NCBI GenBank assembly: GCA_035084275.1
Contig: CM068750.1
Span: forward strand, 6,634,001-6,698,000
From: Hydrolagus colliei
Lineage: Eukaryota
DNA: 64,000 nucleotides
Direction: 5' to 3'
A program made the position numbers and the translations under genes. The notes under the pieces were generated by a model. That model did not search any database and was not told the DNA's origin. It was given only the letters and a program-made list of their open reading frames with translations. Shown here in pieces: positions 1 through 16,039 of the stretch (position 1 is its first letter; every line of letters begins with the position of its first letter).

Positions 1-150
1 AAGAATGATCCTTGTATTTGACATAGTGACTGTAATGTTGAGATGTATCAAAAGCAATTTGCAGAGATTCTTTCATGTGTATTTTTGGTAAATGTGGCAG
101 TCATATTGTGCACAGCAGTATGTCACAAAGTAAATGGCCAGTTTACCTGG
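1..150 (-). mobile_element. Degenerate SINE 3' portion
   Basis: atgatccttgtatttgacatagtg...tgtggcagtcatattgtgcacagcagtatgtcacaaa is a diverged reverse complement of the SINE tail at 15050-15200. Confidence 0.65.
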
Positions 151-359
151 TGGAATGTTGTACTGCAGTCAGTTATCAGAAGGAAGAGGAGGCTTCAATG
201 GATGGTAAACTTACAGTGAGTTCTGTGAACCTCCTGCTTTCTGGATTAGAGACGCTATGGTTGAGCTACTTTTGGAATGTCCATTCAATTTCTTGAAGTT
301 TCTGGTTGATGGAACATAAAAAATGTTATGAATCTCCTTCAAATTACTCTACTGTCTGA

Positions 360-725
<366 letters not shown>

Positions 726-3375
726 TAGATTACCATATCAAGAGGTTCACTGGAGGTGGGTGGATCGTCAAGAACAAACTCCTTATTTCTCAATAGTCCT
801 AGCATGGTCTTTCCAGTGCTGAAGATAATGCATTATTTGCTAACCCACAAGCCCACTTATCTCCATGTCTATCGGCAGCTATTTAGTCTCTTTCAGTTGA
901 AGAGTTTGTGGTAGCAAAGGTGGCAATCTCTTTGCTGGTGGCAGTGTCACTTTTGATGACTGGCACTAGATCATGAGTGGAAATGACAATGAATAGATGT
1001 GCAGTGCACACACCTGGAAGGGTAGGTCCTAAATCAGGACCCTGCATTACTCTTCCCTCATATCGTATGATATCAACATGTGTAACACTTCTCACCATTT
1101 TATAATATGCCTTACGGCCTGCTAGAACAAAACCCAAGTGAGTATATTTCTTGAAGCATGTCCTCTGGGTGATGGAATGGTCTATATTTGTAAAACCTTT
1201 TGGAGATCGCATCTACAAAACATTCTCTTGTAGTTCTCACAAATTCTTTACAAAATCGTGGAATTTATAATAACCTTAAATGATCTGGAGCTGTTGATGC
1301 AAGGGTTGTTTTGGGCATTTGCATCAACTGGCTCATGAACAAAAAAAAAGTTTGGAACATTGATATTAAACATCCAAGGCAGTGATGCAGAATATGTTTC
1401 TCTGGATTTGCAAATTGCTTAAAGCATAGCTAGATAAAGCTCCATCCAAGATATCTGTTCATCTTTATGGCACAGCTTACTATTTATGCAGCTCTTTCTT
1501 GTATGTGGGTTGAGTATGTTGAATGGAATGTTTTAAAGATTTCATCCTTTGATAGTCTGAACAATGGAGAGTCCATAAAGCCAAAGATCCTCTGGTAACA
1601 GCCTGATCAGAAGTGGGAATATATAATTGCTGGTTCATCATCCTTCATCAAGTTGGGCTTTTGAAAAAAAACACCTTTTCCTGACTATTAGCATAGAAAT
1701 CCATTTGTAATGGATTGTTTGTGCAGCAAAGTGGCTGGAAGGAACATACACAGATTCCTGTAATAACCTTGGGAAATATCACTGGCCTTTCTAAAAATAG
1801 TTGTCAGCAACATGCCACTCATGTCTAGTCAATATTCACAGCCGCTGGATTCAGTGTTCGGTAAGAAATCATTTTTAAAAACTCTGGAGAGGGAGTGGAA
1901 GCCGTGAAATAATAAGAGAATGTCCACAATTAAAGTAAATCTCTGGGGATGTTAATATGTGATTCTTTCCATGATATTTATCTTTGAAAGTCCTTGAGAG
2001 TAAACCTATAGATAGCTTTGGTGTATAAATAACCATTATCTATATTCATTGTGCACGTTTGGGTTATGAGAGGTGAGACTGGAAGAGGCAGAGGAACATT
2101 TTCACTTATTTAAAAAATCTCCGCAGGCATTCAATGTCCCAAGATGATCCAAACCGACATATTTTGTTCCTTATGAGTTTAATGGGTGTCTCCAGCTGTC
2201 TTCCTGTCTGTTTAAAAAAACAAAGTGGGAAATTAGGAGGAAACTAACAAAATCAAACATGGGAACATTTAGAAACTTAAGGCGATTAGACTGTGGGTTT
2301 AAAGAGGCCAACATCCTGTACTTATAGCTCCTGGCACCAATATGGTTTGATGCATCCAATAATTCTTCTTTGGATTTCAATCTCCTCCCTCTATTTTCTC
2401 AGCCTGTCACCTCTGTTCCCATAAAGCTTCAGCCAAGAGTTAAGCAGTAAGTAAAATACGGATGTCTTAACATTTTTAGTGGTTGACCTACTCCTCCCAT
2501 CAGAAGGATTGCTGGCACTGGCTGGCAAGCCCCGGACTTCTTGTGAATTCTGTGCTCCTTGGTCACTGATGCCACTCATCTATCTGCTGCAGAACAGAAC
2601 TCTGATATGCTTTGGTTGTATTGAAGCTCAGTGGTTATGAGCTGCTCATCCGTGTGAAGACCAGGTGGTGCTGAACAGGATGATACCATTTAGTTTTGAT
2701 GCTATATATTCAGTGATATAGCAGCACTAATCTGGCCAAGGAACTTCCTAAGAGCATGGCTCCGATTGTTTCATGATTCAGACCATCATTAGTCTGAATT
2801 TGAAGGACGCTGGTGCTTTAGCGGAACACTGTACTGTTGCAGTTCATGGGCAAGTTGTGACTAAGGGTTGTGACGCATATTCTTGCAGAACTGGGTGAGC
2901 TTATAATCACTCCCAACAATGAAAATGGCAATCTAGGGGAGTCTTTTAAGAGATAAACAAGAAAAAGCACTGTCTGTCCAAAGGGAAGATTGGATACTTA
3001 CCAAGAAAACTGATACTTTGATTAAAAACTCATCCTTTTCAATGCCATTTAACATGGGCCTAAGCTATAATGAAATTTCCACTATATATTTACATTAAAG
3101 CATTTGTCTGGATACAAGATGATTACAGCCTTTGTTGACAGACGTATAGATGTTCCAAAATGATACACTATGAGTAACTCAATCCTCCACTTGAATCATT
3201 GCTAAAGTGTTGATGACTCCAGTATGGGAAATGCTTGTTTTAAGAATCATTGTTGTTTTCAGACAATGGATGATGAAAAGCCGGCTATGATGAAGAGGTA
3301 GGCGTGTAGCAACGCAATGATATCCTTTCATCATGCATTTATGTCACCCACTGCACTGAATTATATTCTGTCTGA

Positions 3376-3651
<276 letters not shown>

Positions 3652-4340
3652 TGAACATTCCATTTACTGAAATTTCTTTTGTCTGATTGCTTTCACAACC
3701 TGGGAAGGTTACAAGTGATCAGGTTAGTGGAGTGGTTGCCTGGAGCCACATTGGCCTTACCAACCATAATTCGGGCCAGACGTTAATGCAGAGAATGACA
3801 TTTCGGAGATGAAAGCGATAAACTAGGCTGAATGAATGGTAAAATTGTGACCCTTGAGGCAAGACGAGAAGATTCAAATGGTCAGAAATTTCACTGAGGA
3901 GGGCGGGAGCTCTCTGGGGATGGGGACTGAGAAATAATGTAGCTTTAACGCAAATGCCATCTAACTGTTTGATGTGGGGACACGACATAATTGGGCAGCT
4001 TTTACCCCTTGTTACGTTAGTCACCAAATGCAGTGTTATTCTGTGGGTACAATAGTAGCCCTTAGGGAATAATGGGTTTTGCACTGGGTTTTGGGTTTTG
4101 CAATGGGTACAGTACTGGGTTTTGATGGTTATACTTGATGTTTAGTGTCGATTTACCTCCATCCTAAATAGAAGTGATGTTGTGTTTTTGACACAGAGTA
4201 AACTAATGGTTAACTCGTGCAGGGAGACGACAGTATTAGACAATGGGCTTCCTGTTGGATGTGTGGGCTGCAATCAAGCTCACAGATCTTAATGATAGAC
4301 TAACCATTACAGTTCTGTATTAACTTGCAACATTTTAATA

Positions 4341-4453
4341 TTTCACCACAAAATATATAGTCAATTCACTTTATAGTATAATTCTGTGAGGCACTTTGAG
4401 ACATCTTGAAGACGTGATAAGGCACTATATCAAATGTAAGGATTCTTATTATT
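4341..4453 (+). mobile_element. SINE 3' fragment (5'-truncated)
   Basis: Matches the 3' third of the full-length copy at 14881 and ends in an (att)n tail. Confidence 0.85.
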
Positions 4454-4865
4454 GAGTAGGAAATTTGAACGATAAATAGCGTGTCAAGTTGGTCTGTATC
4501 TAGTTTATTTCGGACACAGGTTCGGATGAAGAAAACCTCTCAGCCTATTTGATCTCATACATACAGAATATCCACTTTACCATCTTCCTGTTATAGTCTT
4601 GAGCTGTTTTTCAAATGTCCAGTTTCTTTGCCTCAGTCACCCGTCCTGATAGACTGTCTAGTCATTACGTACCTACTGGGTAAAGCATTATTACCTGGTG
4701 ATAGCAGTACCCTTTGTAACCCTCCTGTTGGAACAAAATCCAGATTTGTACATTTAGGTCTCTTCAAATATTTTTAAAACAAATATTCCATTCTCTTTTA
4801 AGGCGTTTGTTCACACAATTTAGGATGATTAGAATTCCATCACTGGACTGATTCTAGTCTTTTGT

Positions 4866-4915
4866 TCTCCTGATGTGAAAGATGCTCTATAAATGTAATG
4901 TTGTTGTTATTGTTT
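4866..4915 (+). mobile_element. L2-type LINE extreme 3' tail
   Basis: ctcctgatgtgaaagatgctctataaatgtaatgttgttgtt resembles the tails at 13975, 25655 and 45369. Confidence 0.6.
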
Positions 4916-5656
4916 TCAAGAGGTGGGGAAAGCCCAGAGTTATTCGCTCCACCTCATAACATTAACAGTTTCTCTATAAGTAATGTCCCTGCTCAGTTTT
5001 CCTCATGGGTTTCAACAATGTACGTATCAAAGGACATTTATTGAAATACGGGGAAACCCTCATTAGTGCCGATTTGCTTACTTGTGAACCTGGGCAATAG
5101 ACCAGCAACAATTAGCCACCAAGCAAAATAAAAAGGCCCAGATTCTGGATTATCAGGTCATCACTGATATCACTTTGTACACTCACATCCATGTGCAGGA
5201 AGCACCACTGACATCGCTTTGTGATCGTACAGGAAATTATGTCTACGGTGCTTCCTATGCACAGCACACAAGAAGTGTTGTCATTCATGACCTGAAGTGG
5301 CCTATTTTTCCCGCAGTTATGATACAGTATCCTTGCATTATTAGAAAGGGCAGAATTTTCCAATGTTCCATTTAGATTTTATCAAACGGTCATAATGTCC
5401 GCAATGCACTTTCTTAAATTATGCTTCAATATAACAACACATTACTGTCCAAGGTTAAAACTCACATGAAAGAGTTTTTGTGATTTAACACTATTAGAAA
5501 TCATTCCTAGTGTATTTTGTTTTCCATCCAATGTCCTATCGTGAGCTTAACCAACTACTGATCAAATCTGCAGACAATACTCACCCACCAGCACAGGACT
5601 TTGGACAGATAGGCTGTTGAATTGCAGTTTATTGACCATGAATATCTTCTGTTTAG

Positions 5657-5722
5657 GATAAAAGGGAAATTGACGCTTCGCTGATGTTGGGCTTGACCCT
5701 TCGGGGGCTTCAGATATTTCAG
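5657..5722 (+). CDS. FRMD6: FRMD6 coding exon (FERM C-lobe); not in the ORF track
   Basis: ctgtttag|GAT ... CAG|gtaaag; 66 nt. Translated by eye as DKREIDASLMLGLTLRGLQIFQ, continuing the FRMD6 frame. Confidence 0.94.
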
Positions 5723-5899
5723 GTAAAGTCAAGAAGCGTTTCAACAACAACTTCCAATACTTTTGATAAATCTGAAATGTTTTAAAGAAAATTGAATGAA
5801 CGAGATCGAATAAGGTCAATATATTGTAGGAGGGGGAAAGAAACAAAGGGGATTCCTTCCCTTGTCAATAAGTATATATATATCTATATTTTAAAACAA

Positions 5900-6113
5900 C
5901 AGTAAAAGCCCATTTATCTGGCACCCGATCAACTGCGACTTCTGTTTAACCAGCATCGAAAAAAAAAGTCTGCATTCGATTAATCGGAATTTATCCGGAA
6001 AAATGCATTAAAATATATATTTTTTTTTTTTTGCTTTTTGGCCGAATATCTGGTAGGCGCTTTAACTGGCATTGGCCAGGTCTCGAGGGTGCCGGATAAA
6101 TGGTCTTTTACTT
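5900..6113. mobile_element. MITE / non-autonomous Tigger (pogo)-like DNA transposon
   Basis: ~26-bp terminal inverted repeats: CAGTAAAAGCCCATTTATCTGGCACC versus the reverse complement of the right end, AAGTAAAAGACCATTTATCCGGCACC. TA follows the right end. There is no coding capacity. Confidence 0.8.
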
Positions 6114-6189
6114 TATTATGAAATACTGTATAATCGTTCCATGTCATATTCGACACAATCATGATTTCCATGTTGTTAATCTTTTCCAG

Positions 6190-6258
6190 GTTGTTGGCCA
6201 ATCTAAACAATTGTTGTATGATTTTCCCTGGACCAATGTTGGCAAGCTTGTGTTTGTG
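6190..6258 (+). CDS. FRMD6: FRMD6 coding exon (FERM C-lobe)
   Basis: cttttccag|GTT ... GTG|gtaagt; 69 nt. Encodes VVGQSKQLLYDFPWTNVGKLVFV. Confidence 0.95.
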
Positions 6259-6946
6259 GTAAGTCACATGTTTGTGTGTCCTGTTATCTGTGAGCTGGTT
6301 TGGTTTCAATGCAGAATTTCGGAGTCTTCATGTGCTGTGAGTGCCTGAATCTGTCTCAGCTGATATTTGTACCTTTCTTAAACCTCATATAAAACAACAG
6401 TACTACACAGCTCTGTAGATGTCAATCCTGAATTAGAAACTTATAGATTTGCTGCTGCTCAATCAGAAATCCACTACGGTACTTGTACATAACGAAAATT
6501 GGTTCTGGGAATGTGAAACATACAGAGGAATTTGACTGTGACAGGCTGTGCATGCGTTGGACAGTCTTAACAAGTCTTAACAATTATGATTCCAGTCTTT
6601 ATCATTTGTTGCATTGAGGAGATTTAAATCTAAGGAGACAACATGTTCAATGTAAATGCAATGTCCTTTAATAGAGAGATTAAAAAAAACAATGTAAATA
6701 TTATTGATGAAACAGAGAGCCTATCTACCCATTGTCTGTCTTGTCAACACTAAATAGCTTGTTCGCCTAGGTCTTCTCTGTTCACATTGTTGAGCCAGAG
6801 TAAACAGGGAACTGGGCAAATCTTTCTTAAATTAAATCTTGAAATATTTACTAAGTCTTGTTTGAAATGTACAGAGCTTTGCTACAGCCCCATTTTAACA
6901 GCAGCATGAGTAAGCAGTAGGACTCATAAACACTGTACCCTATTGC

Positions 6947-7090
6947 ACTAGCCAGCTCCACTGGCTCCCTCTCGCCAAATGGATCGATTTCAAGATCCTC
7001 ACACTAATTTTTAAATCTCTTCTTGCCCAGGCACCTCCCTACCTCTCTCATCTATGCCCAACCCACAACCTGCTGCCTCCACTCGACTTT
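6947..7090 (+). mobile_element. L2-clade LINE ORF2 C-terminal fragment
   Basis: Translates to HWLPLAKWIDFKILTLIFKSLLAQAPPYLSHL, the L2 motif LHWLP..RIDFKI...FK.L.GLAP.YLS. Confidence 0.8.
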
Positions 7091-9531
7091 AGGTACTTAC
7101 CCCAGTTTGATTTATTATCACCTCCAAAAGATGAGAAACAAAAAGTCTGGTCCATTGTAGTTTAACAGGGACACTGGATATTTTCTTAGGATGGTGATAT
7201 CTATTCATTTGTTATTCTTCACGTCCAGAAACGCTTGAAGTTAAAACATTGAATTAATCAGTTGTGGTCTTGCTCACGGCTTTGGGTTACTGAGAATTGT
7301 CAATCGATTTGTTCGTAGTTGATGATTTCCCATCAAATTAAAGATTTGGTTAGATGTTCATCAGCCTCGACAAGACAGCTTTCCCTTTTCAGATGATCAG
7401 CCCTAGCATGAAAATGGGTATTTTGGGAAACTGTCAATCTAATCGTGAGAGTAAAGCGGATAACTGTACTGAAGGGGAAAATGCAGTGTAATATAGTGGG
7501 GGGATTCTGCAAGATGTATTTTCTCAGCTGAATGTGAGTTAGAGCTGCCTGGAGCTGTATGATTTTCTTCTAGTGTCAAAGTACCTTCAGTGGCGTTCCA
7601 TCAGTGACCTTTAAGCTACTTCAGTACTTGTTGGAGGCAATCAGACATGTCTAGTGGTGACTTGAAAGCCAATCTAGTCTGCCATTGCCAAAGCATCTCC
7701 GTCACGCCAGCCTCCTCATCACAGAGGAGGCGATAATTCATTTTGACAGGTGAATGGCAGTTCTTTAAAGTTCATTATCATCTTTAGGATCTCATTTGGA
7801 CAATCTTGAACTTCAAGCAGAACTGGATCTTCTTCCCTCAGAACTCAACTCATCTCCTTTCTGCTGGTTGTATTGTAGAATATTTGGGCTTCTGTGATAT
7901 CAATAATGTTTCTGTTGCTATGATAAGTGGAGAGGGGGGGGCGGATGGGAGAAGAGTTGGCAAAATGCTATTGATTACCTGAAAAGGAATCTTTGCATTT
8001 TTCAGTTTATTTAATTTATCGAACAGTGTATGTAACTTATTTCTGACTTCAATGCATTATTAAATTAATCTTGAAAGAACATGAAATGTTAAGATATCAA
8101 AGGCTTCCAAGTGTAAAGACTTTCAGTTGTATTAGTGCAAGTGCAGTACTTTCTGTTGCTCTGCGCAAAGGGGTTTCTTATAAATAGAGTGCACATCGAC
8201 CACATAATACCTTCCCCATAGCTATGAAATGGTGCCTCTAAATATAAAAGCTGATGGATAAGTAGTTGTGAATTGTTGCTGCAACTGATCTTGTGATGAA
8301 TCAAGCTTAGCACTAGGTGTAAAGGGCACTGCATTCACTCAACACAATCAGATGTGTTCCGAAGACAGAAATTGAATCATTTCATGATTGAAGTATCTCA
8401 GTCATCCTCTTGTTTACTGAGGAGTGTTAAAATGTTACTCAGAGGTAGCTTGAGATCTTATGTTAAATCTTCTTTGCAGTGACGTTAGGACTGAGGTGTC
8501 GAAAAACTATCACTTATTTATGACACCAAACATCACAAAATGCATATTACATCGTATGGTGATACTGCTTGCTTCGGGGCTAGTTTTCTGGAGTTTACTC
8601 TGAGAGTAATTCATTATAATGTCCAGAAAGGGATTCTTGTAACTGTGGGTCCACTGCAGACCCGCCCGCTTTAGAAAGCAAACTCACACTATGTACGACA
8701 AGGGGCTTAGTAACGAGGGTTCTCTGTTTCTAATTTGTGTGGAATATTTTGGATTCCATTCCATGTTTTGCCTTAGGCTCATCCTTTAGAGTTCGTAGAT
8801 TCCATTCCATTCTTTGTGACAGATATAGTCTCAGACAGTTGGTTGTGCACAGAAGGTGTGAGCTGGGAGCACATGGATAAGCATGGCAGCACAGTAAACG
8901 GCAAACACAACATGTTTTTTACAGTTATTTTTGAACCAGAGTGTGACCTGTGGCCTTTATTCTGATTCACTACTACGCACGTAATCAAGCTATTTATACG
9001 ATACCATTTTTGATGAGGTGTCAGCAGGCGCTGGAGGGTATCAGTGAAACTTGTTAAAGTTCTGTAAGTCATTCTTCCTATGACTCAGAATGGAAAACAT
9101 GCCGTCCTTTCGCATGCTTTATTGATACTTTGCTGGAAGTTAATGACTTGAGCACACATGACTTTTCAGCAGTTATATAAACCTGATATTCAAAGGTACA
9201 ATCAAAGTGTATCTCTTACATTATTCTACCCACCTTCAAAGGGCTTATTTCAGCACAGTGTTAAACATCTGATACTTTCTTCCTAGTATAAGAATGACTG
9301 AATTATTAACTCCCTTTAAAATTCCCTTCCATTTAACTTTGGCTGCTTACGCCTTTAGTGTTTTCAACTGCACCCAATGGGCTCAATACAGTTAAACAGA
9401 TGTGATGATGGGAGGACGATAGGTTGGGTATTGTGGAAGGATGAGATCAAATGGTCAGAACCAACCTTGTGTGAACCGTTTGGAATAAGCTTACAGAGAT
9501 GCTAACAGCTCGTTGTCAAGCTGCTTGCTGA

Positions 9532-9774
<243 letters not shown>

Positions 9775-11096
9775 TAAATATTATCTTTTGGATACAGAAT
9801 TTACTCAGAAATGTGCCTCTAGCCATGCTTTATTTTTTTAACCCACAATAACTTTACTTTCTGGCCTCCCAACCAAATGGGCAAAACGTTTGGTCACAAG
9901 AAAGCTGAATAGATTAGTCATACAGTCATGAAGATTATAATTGTTATGCACAGTTTATATGTAATCATTGGAAGGCAAGCAATCATTACCATGGTAATCA
10001 TTATATTTATAACTCTTTAACCCTCAATTTAAAAATAAACAAATTTTCGATTCCAGCAATATTAAGCATTTGTAGACCATTTGCGATCTGCTATAATTAT
10101 CCCAAGAGGACGATGACTGAAGGACACCGACAACTACCATAACATGCAAGGATTATTTTGAACTAAATGTATGATGGAATCCTAAATTGCATTTCCTTTA
10201 TTGATGATCGCTTTCACTCACATTAAGGGTTTATACTGTTTCAACGCCTTTTTAAAATGCCAACCCATTCATTTTAATTCCTTATTAAATTTGTTAATAT
10301 TAGTGGCACGCAAGAGCACAGCTATTGTCTTGTCCCTTAAAATTCTGATTTAATTATTCATTTAAAGGTGAGCGTTTGAAGCTTGTGTAATTATTCACTG
10401 ACTGCCAGTTGCAAAGGTCACAGTTCTGCGAGTTGTCCAAAGGATTATTATTTAAACATATAAAAGGAAACTATTGCAATACATGGGATTTCCTGGTAAT
10501 CATCTGCAAATTATTCCTCGATAAATTTGCAGCAAAGTTCCATCATCATCTTCAGTGAATATCAATGTGCATCAGCCAAGTGGGACCCAACAGGTAGTTT
10601 ATGTGCAGTGTACAATGACGGATTATTGTCTTACAGATTAAAGCAAAACTCAATAAAAGCAATTGAATAGAATTAACAAATGACATTATCACCAAACAAC
10701 CACACTCTCCTGAGCAGTTTCAAGAGAAATAATCCAATTCTTGTGGTTCAGGCGACAGTTGTAAATCTGCCAGCTGAATCCATTGATCTGGTTCAATCTT
10801 GTGATCACACTCTCATGTCCATTGTTATCTACATTAGTGAGTTTTTTATAAAACAAAAAAAGTATGTTTCATTGCAGCACGTTTTATACTTTTTACACTG
10901 TTTAATTTACTACTATATTTCGAAATTGTAAGATTTTAAATAGCTTATTTCAGTTTAAAGAATTAATGGCATAAAATTCCACTTGGGTTAGATTTATTCT
11001 GTTAACATAGCATTTCAGAGTCAACAGAGTTCATCAGCCTTTAATTTTCAAGCTGGTTTTCTATATGTTCTTCTACGAACTACAGAAAACAGGCTT

Positions 11097-11215
11097 ATAA
11101 TAATAATGTAATCCTTGCATTTGATATAGCACTAAATCACGTCTTGAAGACATCTCACAAAGGGTTGCACTGAATATACGGTGAAGTGAATTGACTGTAT
11201 ATTTTATGAGCGAAA
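11097..11215 (-). mobile_element. SINE 3' fragment
   Basis: (taa)n then atccttgcatttgatatagcact...gtgaattgactgtatatttt, the reverse complement of the family tail. Confidence 0.85.
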
Positions 11216-11244
11216 GTCTAACGTAATTTTCCTTTTGCTTCTAA

Positions 11245-11655
<411 letters not shown>

Positions 11656-12139
11656 TGAATTAAGGCTTCTTTTGCATGCAGAGCATATCAGTGAGAATTG
11701 CTGAGTCAAGAATCAGCAATGGGTTGCTTTGGCAAGATTAGTACATGACAAGTATGGCATGCTGCTCCTGGAGCGCTTGTCAAGGGGAAAGTGTTCACTG
11801 AAAGGACGACATTCCTCGCTTCATTGCTCTTTTAACAGATTGTGGGAGTAGTGACATTACTGATTAAGACCAGATTTGCAGATGTTTTTCCTGAAGGATT
11901 TCCACCTCTCAGTAGCCAGTGTAGGGGTGTGCTTTGATGCAATCCACTTCACTTTGTGTCTCCCCTTCACGAGACATTTCTGACTTGCTGTTTCTTAAAT
12001 ATTTCCATTTTTTTTTCCCCAAAAAGAGCACATTCACATCTGTAAGGTCAAGGCAAAGTGCATCATGTATTATGTTACAAATTTATTATAATAATCAAAT
12101 AATAATCCACAGAACTAAGTTTCTGTGCTGTGCAGTGTT

Positions 12140-12370
12140 TGTAGGCAAACATAATAGTCACTGTGCACACAGCAATGTTCCACAAACAGCCATGACATGA
12201 ATGGCCAATTTATCTGGAGGATTGTTGAGCAAGACACCATGAGAAACTCCCTTTTAAACAGTATGAATGCCTTCCTTCTTCTCATTTTGAACAGTTTAAT
12301 ACCTGACTCAAGGACAGCACCCCCCACACAGCTTGCTGCCATCTGAGTCAGGCTGACATTGTGCATCTTC
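12140..12370 (-). mobile_element. Old DeuSINE-like (SacSINE1/AmnSINE1-related) relic
   Basis: gcacacagcaatgttccacaaacagccatga...gacaccatgagaaactccc...aaggacagcacc is colinear with the copies at 30436 and 42075. The family name is from memory of the consensus. Confidence 0.55.
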
Positions 12371-12585
12371 ATCAAACAGTGTTTGCAGAAAAATAAATGG
12401 GTTTCACTGCAACAAAATTAATATTCCATCACGAGGTGTAGAGATGCTATGAAACACATGAGCAAGAGAACTATTGCTCTTTATGATTAATGACTGTTCA
12501 TCTTATCATATATTATGTTTGGTAGTAGAGCGATGTGTTGAGGAAATTTTGATCTATACTTCAAGTTCCTCATTGCATTGGATGA

Positions 12586-13008
<423 letters not shown>

Positions 13009-13929
13009 TAGATGCCTATCTACCAATCCCTTAGACCATTGAAGGCAATTATAGTGCTCTGAATGTGAACCTGACTTAACTCGAGGTCTGTGCTGAAGAG
13101 CTTACTTTCACTCTAAGCATTGGTTTCGCCGGCCAAGCCATGGGGGTTTCTTTTCTATGCCTTTAACTGGCCACATTTTTGCCTAAATTGAGATGTATTA
13201 ACAACACATGTTCTCAGTATTGTGAGCAGCCTGACCTGGTTATATTACTGAAGAGAGAATCGATCCCTTCAGTTTTTTTAAAAAAATATTGTAAATAGTT
13301 TCAGTTAACGGGAGCAGCTTGATGAGGTGATGGCAAAATGAGGTGATTGCTATCCCTGTAGGTATTGAACTCTCCTGGACTCTGCAGGTTTCCCTACAAT
13401 ATTTACTTTAGTCTGTTTGCTTGTTCTCAATGTTTGATAAACAGAAACAGCACAGATATGAGGTGCTTTGATCAGTAAACGTCACACAATGGCAAAAATG
13501 GTCACAAAACTGGTTTGTACTAACAGATCAGTTATTGGGTAAAGAGTAAAGGAGTGCACATCAAGAATAAGTGAGAGCTTCCCCAAGGCAGAATAACTTT
13601 CAACACACAAAGTTCGCATTCCTTTTACTTCACCTCTGTGCGCAGAAGAAACATAGAGTAAAGTGGTTGAAAAATCTTTCTGGATTTAAAATCTATTTGC
13701 GCAGAAAGTGCATTTACACTTTTTTTGGAGGTCAATATCAACGCTTTCATCCCAATGTATTTGGCAGCTCGGCTGGCGCTAACCAGCTTTGTGCCTGTTT
13801 TTGCTGTTGTGTGATATTTACCAATTACAGAAGCAGTGGGAATGCGAATATATGTATATTTTTTAAAAAGAAACAATCTTGGTTTGCAGAGCAGCACAAC
13901 CACTCGCGAGGATGTCTTTTGTAGTACCA

Positions 13930-14236
<307 letters not shown>

Positions 14237-14880
14237 TGATATCGCATTTGTACGTGTGTGTGTTTTTTAAATGGATGGTGCACTGCATACAATTTTTGGG
14301 TTTAATAATACATTTTGTTATACCAGATAATCCACTTCCTCGCTTCCTGCATCTTGTTGACACTCAGTGTTTGCTTGGGTAATGGCTCAGTTGTGACATG
14401 GGAGTCAGTCTGATTACAGGGGTGGAGGTCAGAGCTGCGGAGAGGAAAGCAATTTCCTGCTTTCGATTAGTCATGTCAGATTGTGACCCTTTCACTTAGA
14501 CAAAGTGATTTATACAGCCATTCACCTGAAGATGATCACCTTCAGAAGCAAAGTAACTGTTTTATACAGAAGCCTTTTTAGATGCTTATCGTGTCTAAAT
14601 AATAATTTTAAAAAAAGATCCTGAGATTATCGCGGCAAATTAACAGATACAGGGATTTTCACTCCATTCCAGTGAAGCAGATTGAAGTTATTTTTTCTTT
14701 TGAAAGGACACCCCTAACCGATAAATGACTGACAACTACAGACTTTGAAAACAGTAAACTTTCACTAACACGTTATGAATGTAACCAGAATTTAAAAGCC
14801 TTCTTTAATAGAATAGTCAGGAACATTGTGGGATTCTTTTCAGTGAATAAAAAGATAGTATTGTTTTCCATCTCTTCTTG

Positions 14881-15203
14881 TGGAGTCCTGTAGCTCAGTG
14901 GTCAGAGCACTCGCCTTACAAGTGTGAGAACTGTGTTTGAATCCAGGCAGGTCAGGGCGAAACCTTGGGCAAGTTTCCTTACTCCACATGCCTAATAATA
15001 ATCCCTAAAAAAAATATATTCCTTTCATTGGTCATTTCAATCCACGACTGTTTGTGGGACACAGTTGTGCGCACTTGGCTGCCGCGTTTCGTCCACAAAT
15101 ATACAGTCAATTCACTTTACAGTATATTATGTGAAACGCTTTGAGATGTCTAGAAGACGTGAAACGTTATATCAAATGCAAGGATTATTATTATATTATT
15201 ATT
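14881..15203 (+). mobile_element. Full-length tRNA-derived SINE (~320 bp)
   Basis: tRNA-like head with A box TAGCTCAGTGG (14891-14901) and B-box-like GTTTGAATCC. The body contains ctgtttgtgggacacagttgtgcgcacttggctgccgcgtttc, followed by a 3' stem-loop and (tta)n tail. TTCTTG occurs on both sides (possible target-site duplication). More than 10 related copies are in the window. Confidence 0.92.
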
Positions 15204-15751
15204 CTTGAATACATAAGAGTAGAGTAGAGAGCCAACTTCTTTAAGATCTGAACTGCATTAACCCTATTTTATTTTTGCTGTGTGGAAACAATTCCAAAGG
15301 TACTGACTAAAAAAACTACTACAGATGTTAGTTGAGAGAAATTTATGCTTTACTGTTGAGTCGAAGTACACAATCTAAATTAGATTTTAGATTTATTCAG
15401 ATGTTTGTGGAGTTAGACCAGTTAGCATCTCCCCTGGTTGATGTGAGCTTCTTCGCTGAAAAAACATGGAATGTTTCTGGAAATAAAATGACTTGTATGA
15501 AGGAATCAGATTACAAAGTTCAGATTTGTCCAAAAGTTACCGATTTCAATTGCTTTTTTTTTTTGCATGTCGCACTGAATCAGTAAAGTTTCCAGTGTTG
15601 CAATCAGCATTTTATCTTTGATTCTGTTCCTTTACTTGCTACACATATTCACAGTAAAAGGATTACAGGAAGCCGTTTCATTACTGACCATTGCTGGGGA
15701 AACATTTAAGTGAAACAACTTATGATTGATATGTTTGCTCTTGTTATGTAG

Positions 15752-16039
<288 letters not shown>

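Noticed and set aside
14881-14955. tRNA-like sequences (also at 41190-41260, 43765-43835 and 61720-61776) as tRNA genes
   Set aside because: They lack a proper acceptor stem and are each fused to the same SINE body and tail, so they are SINE heads.
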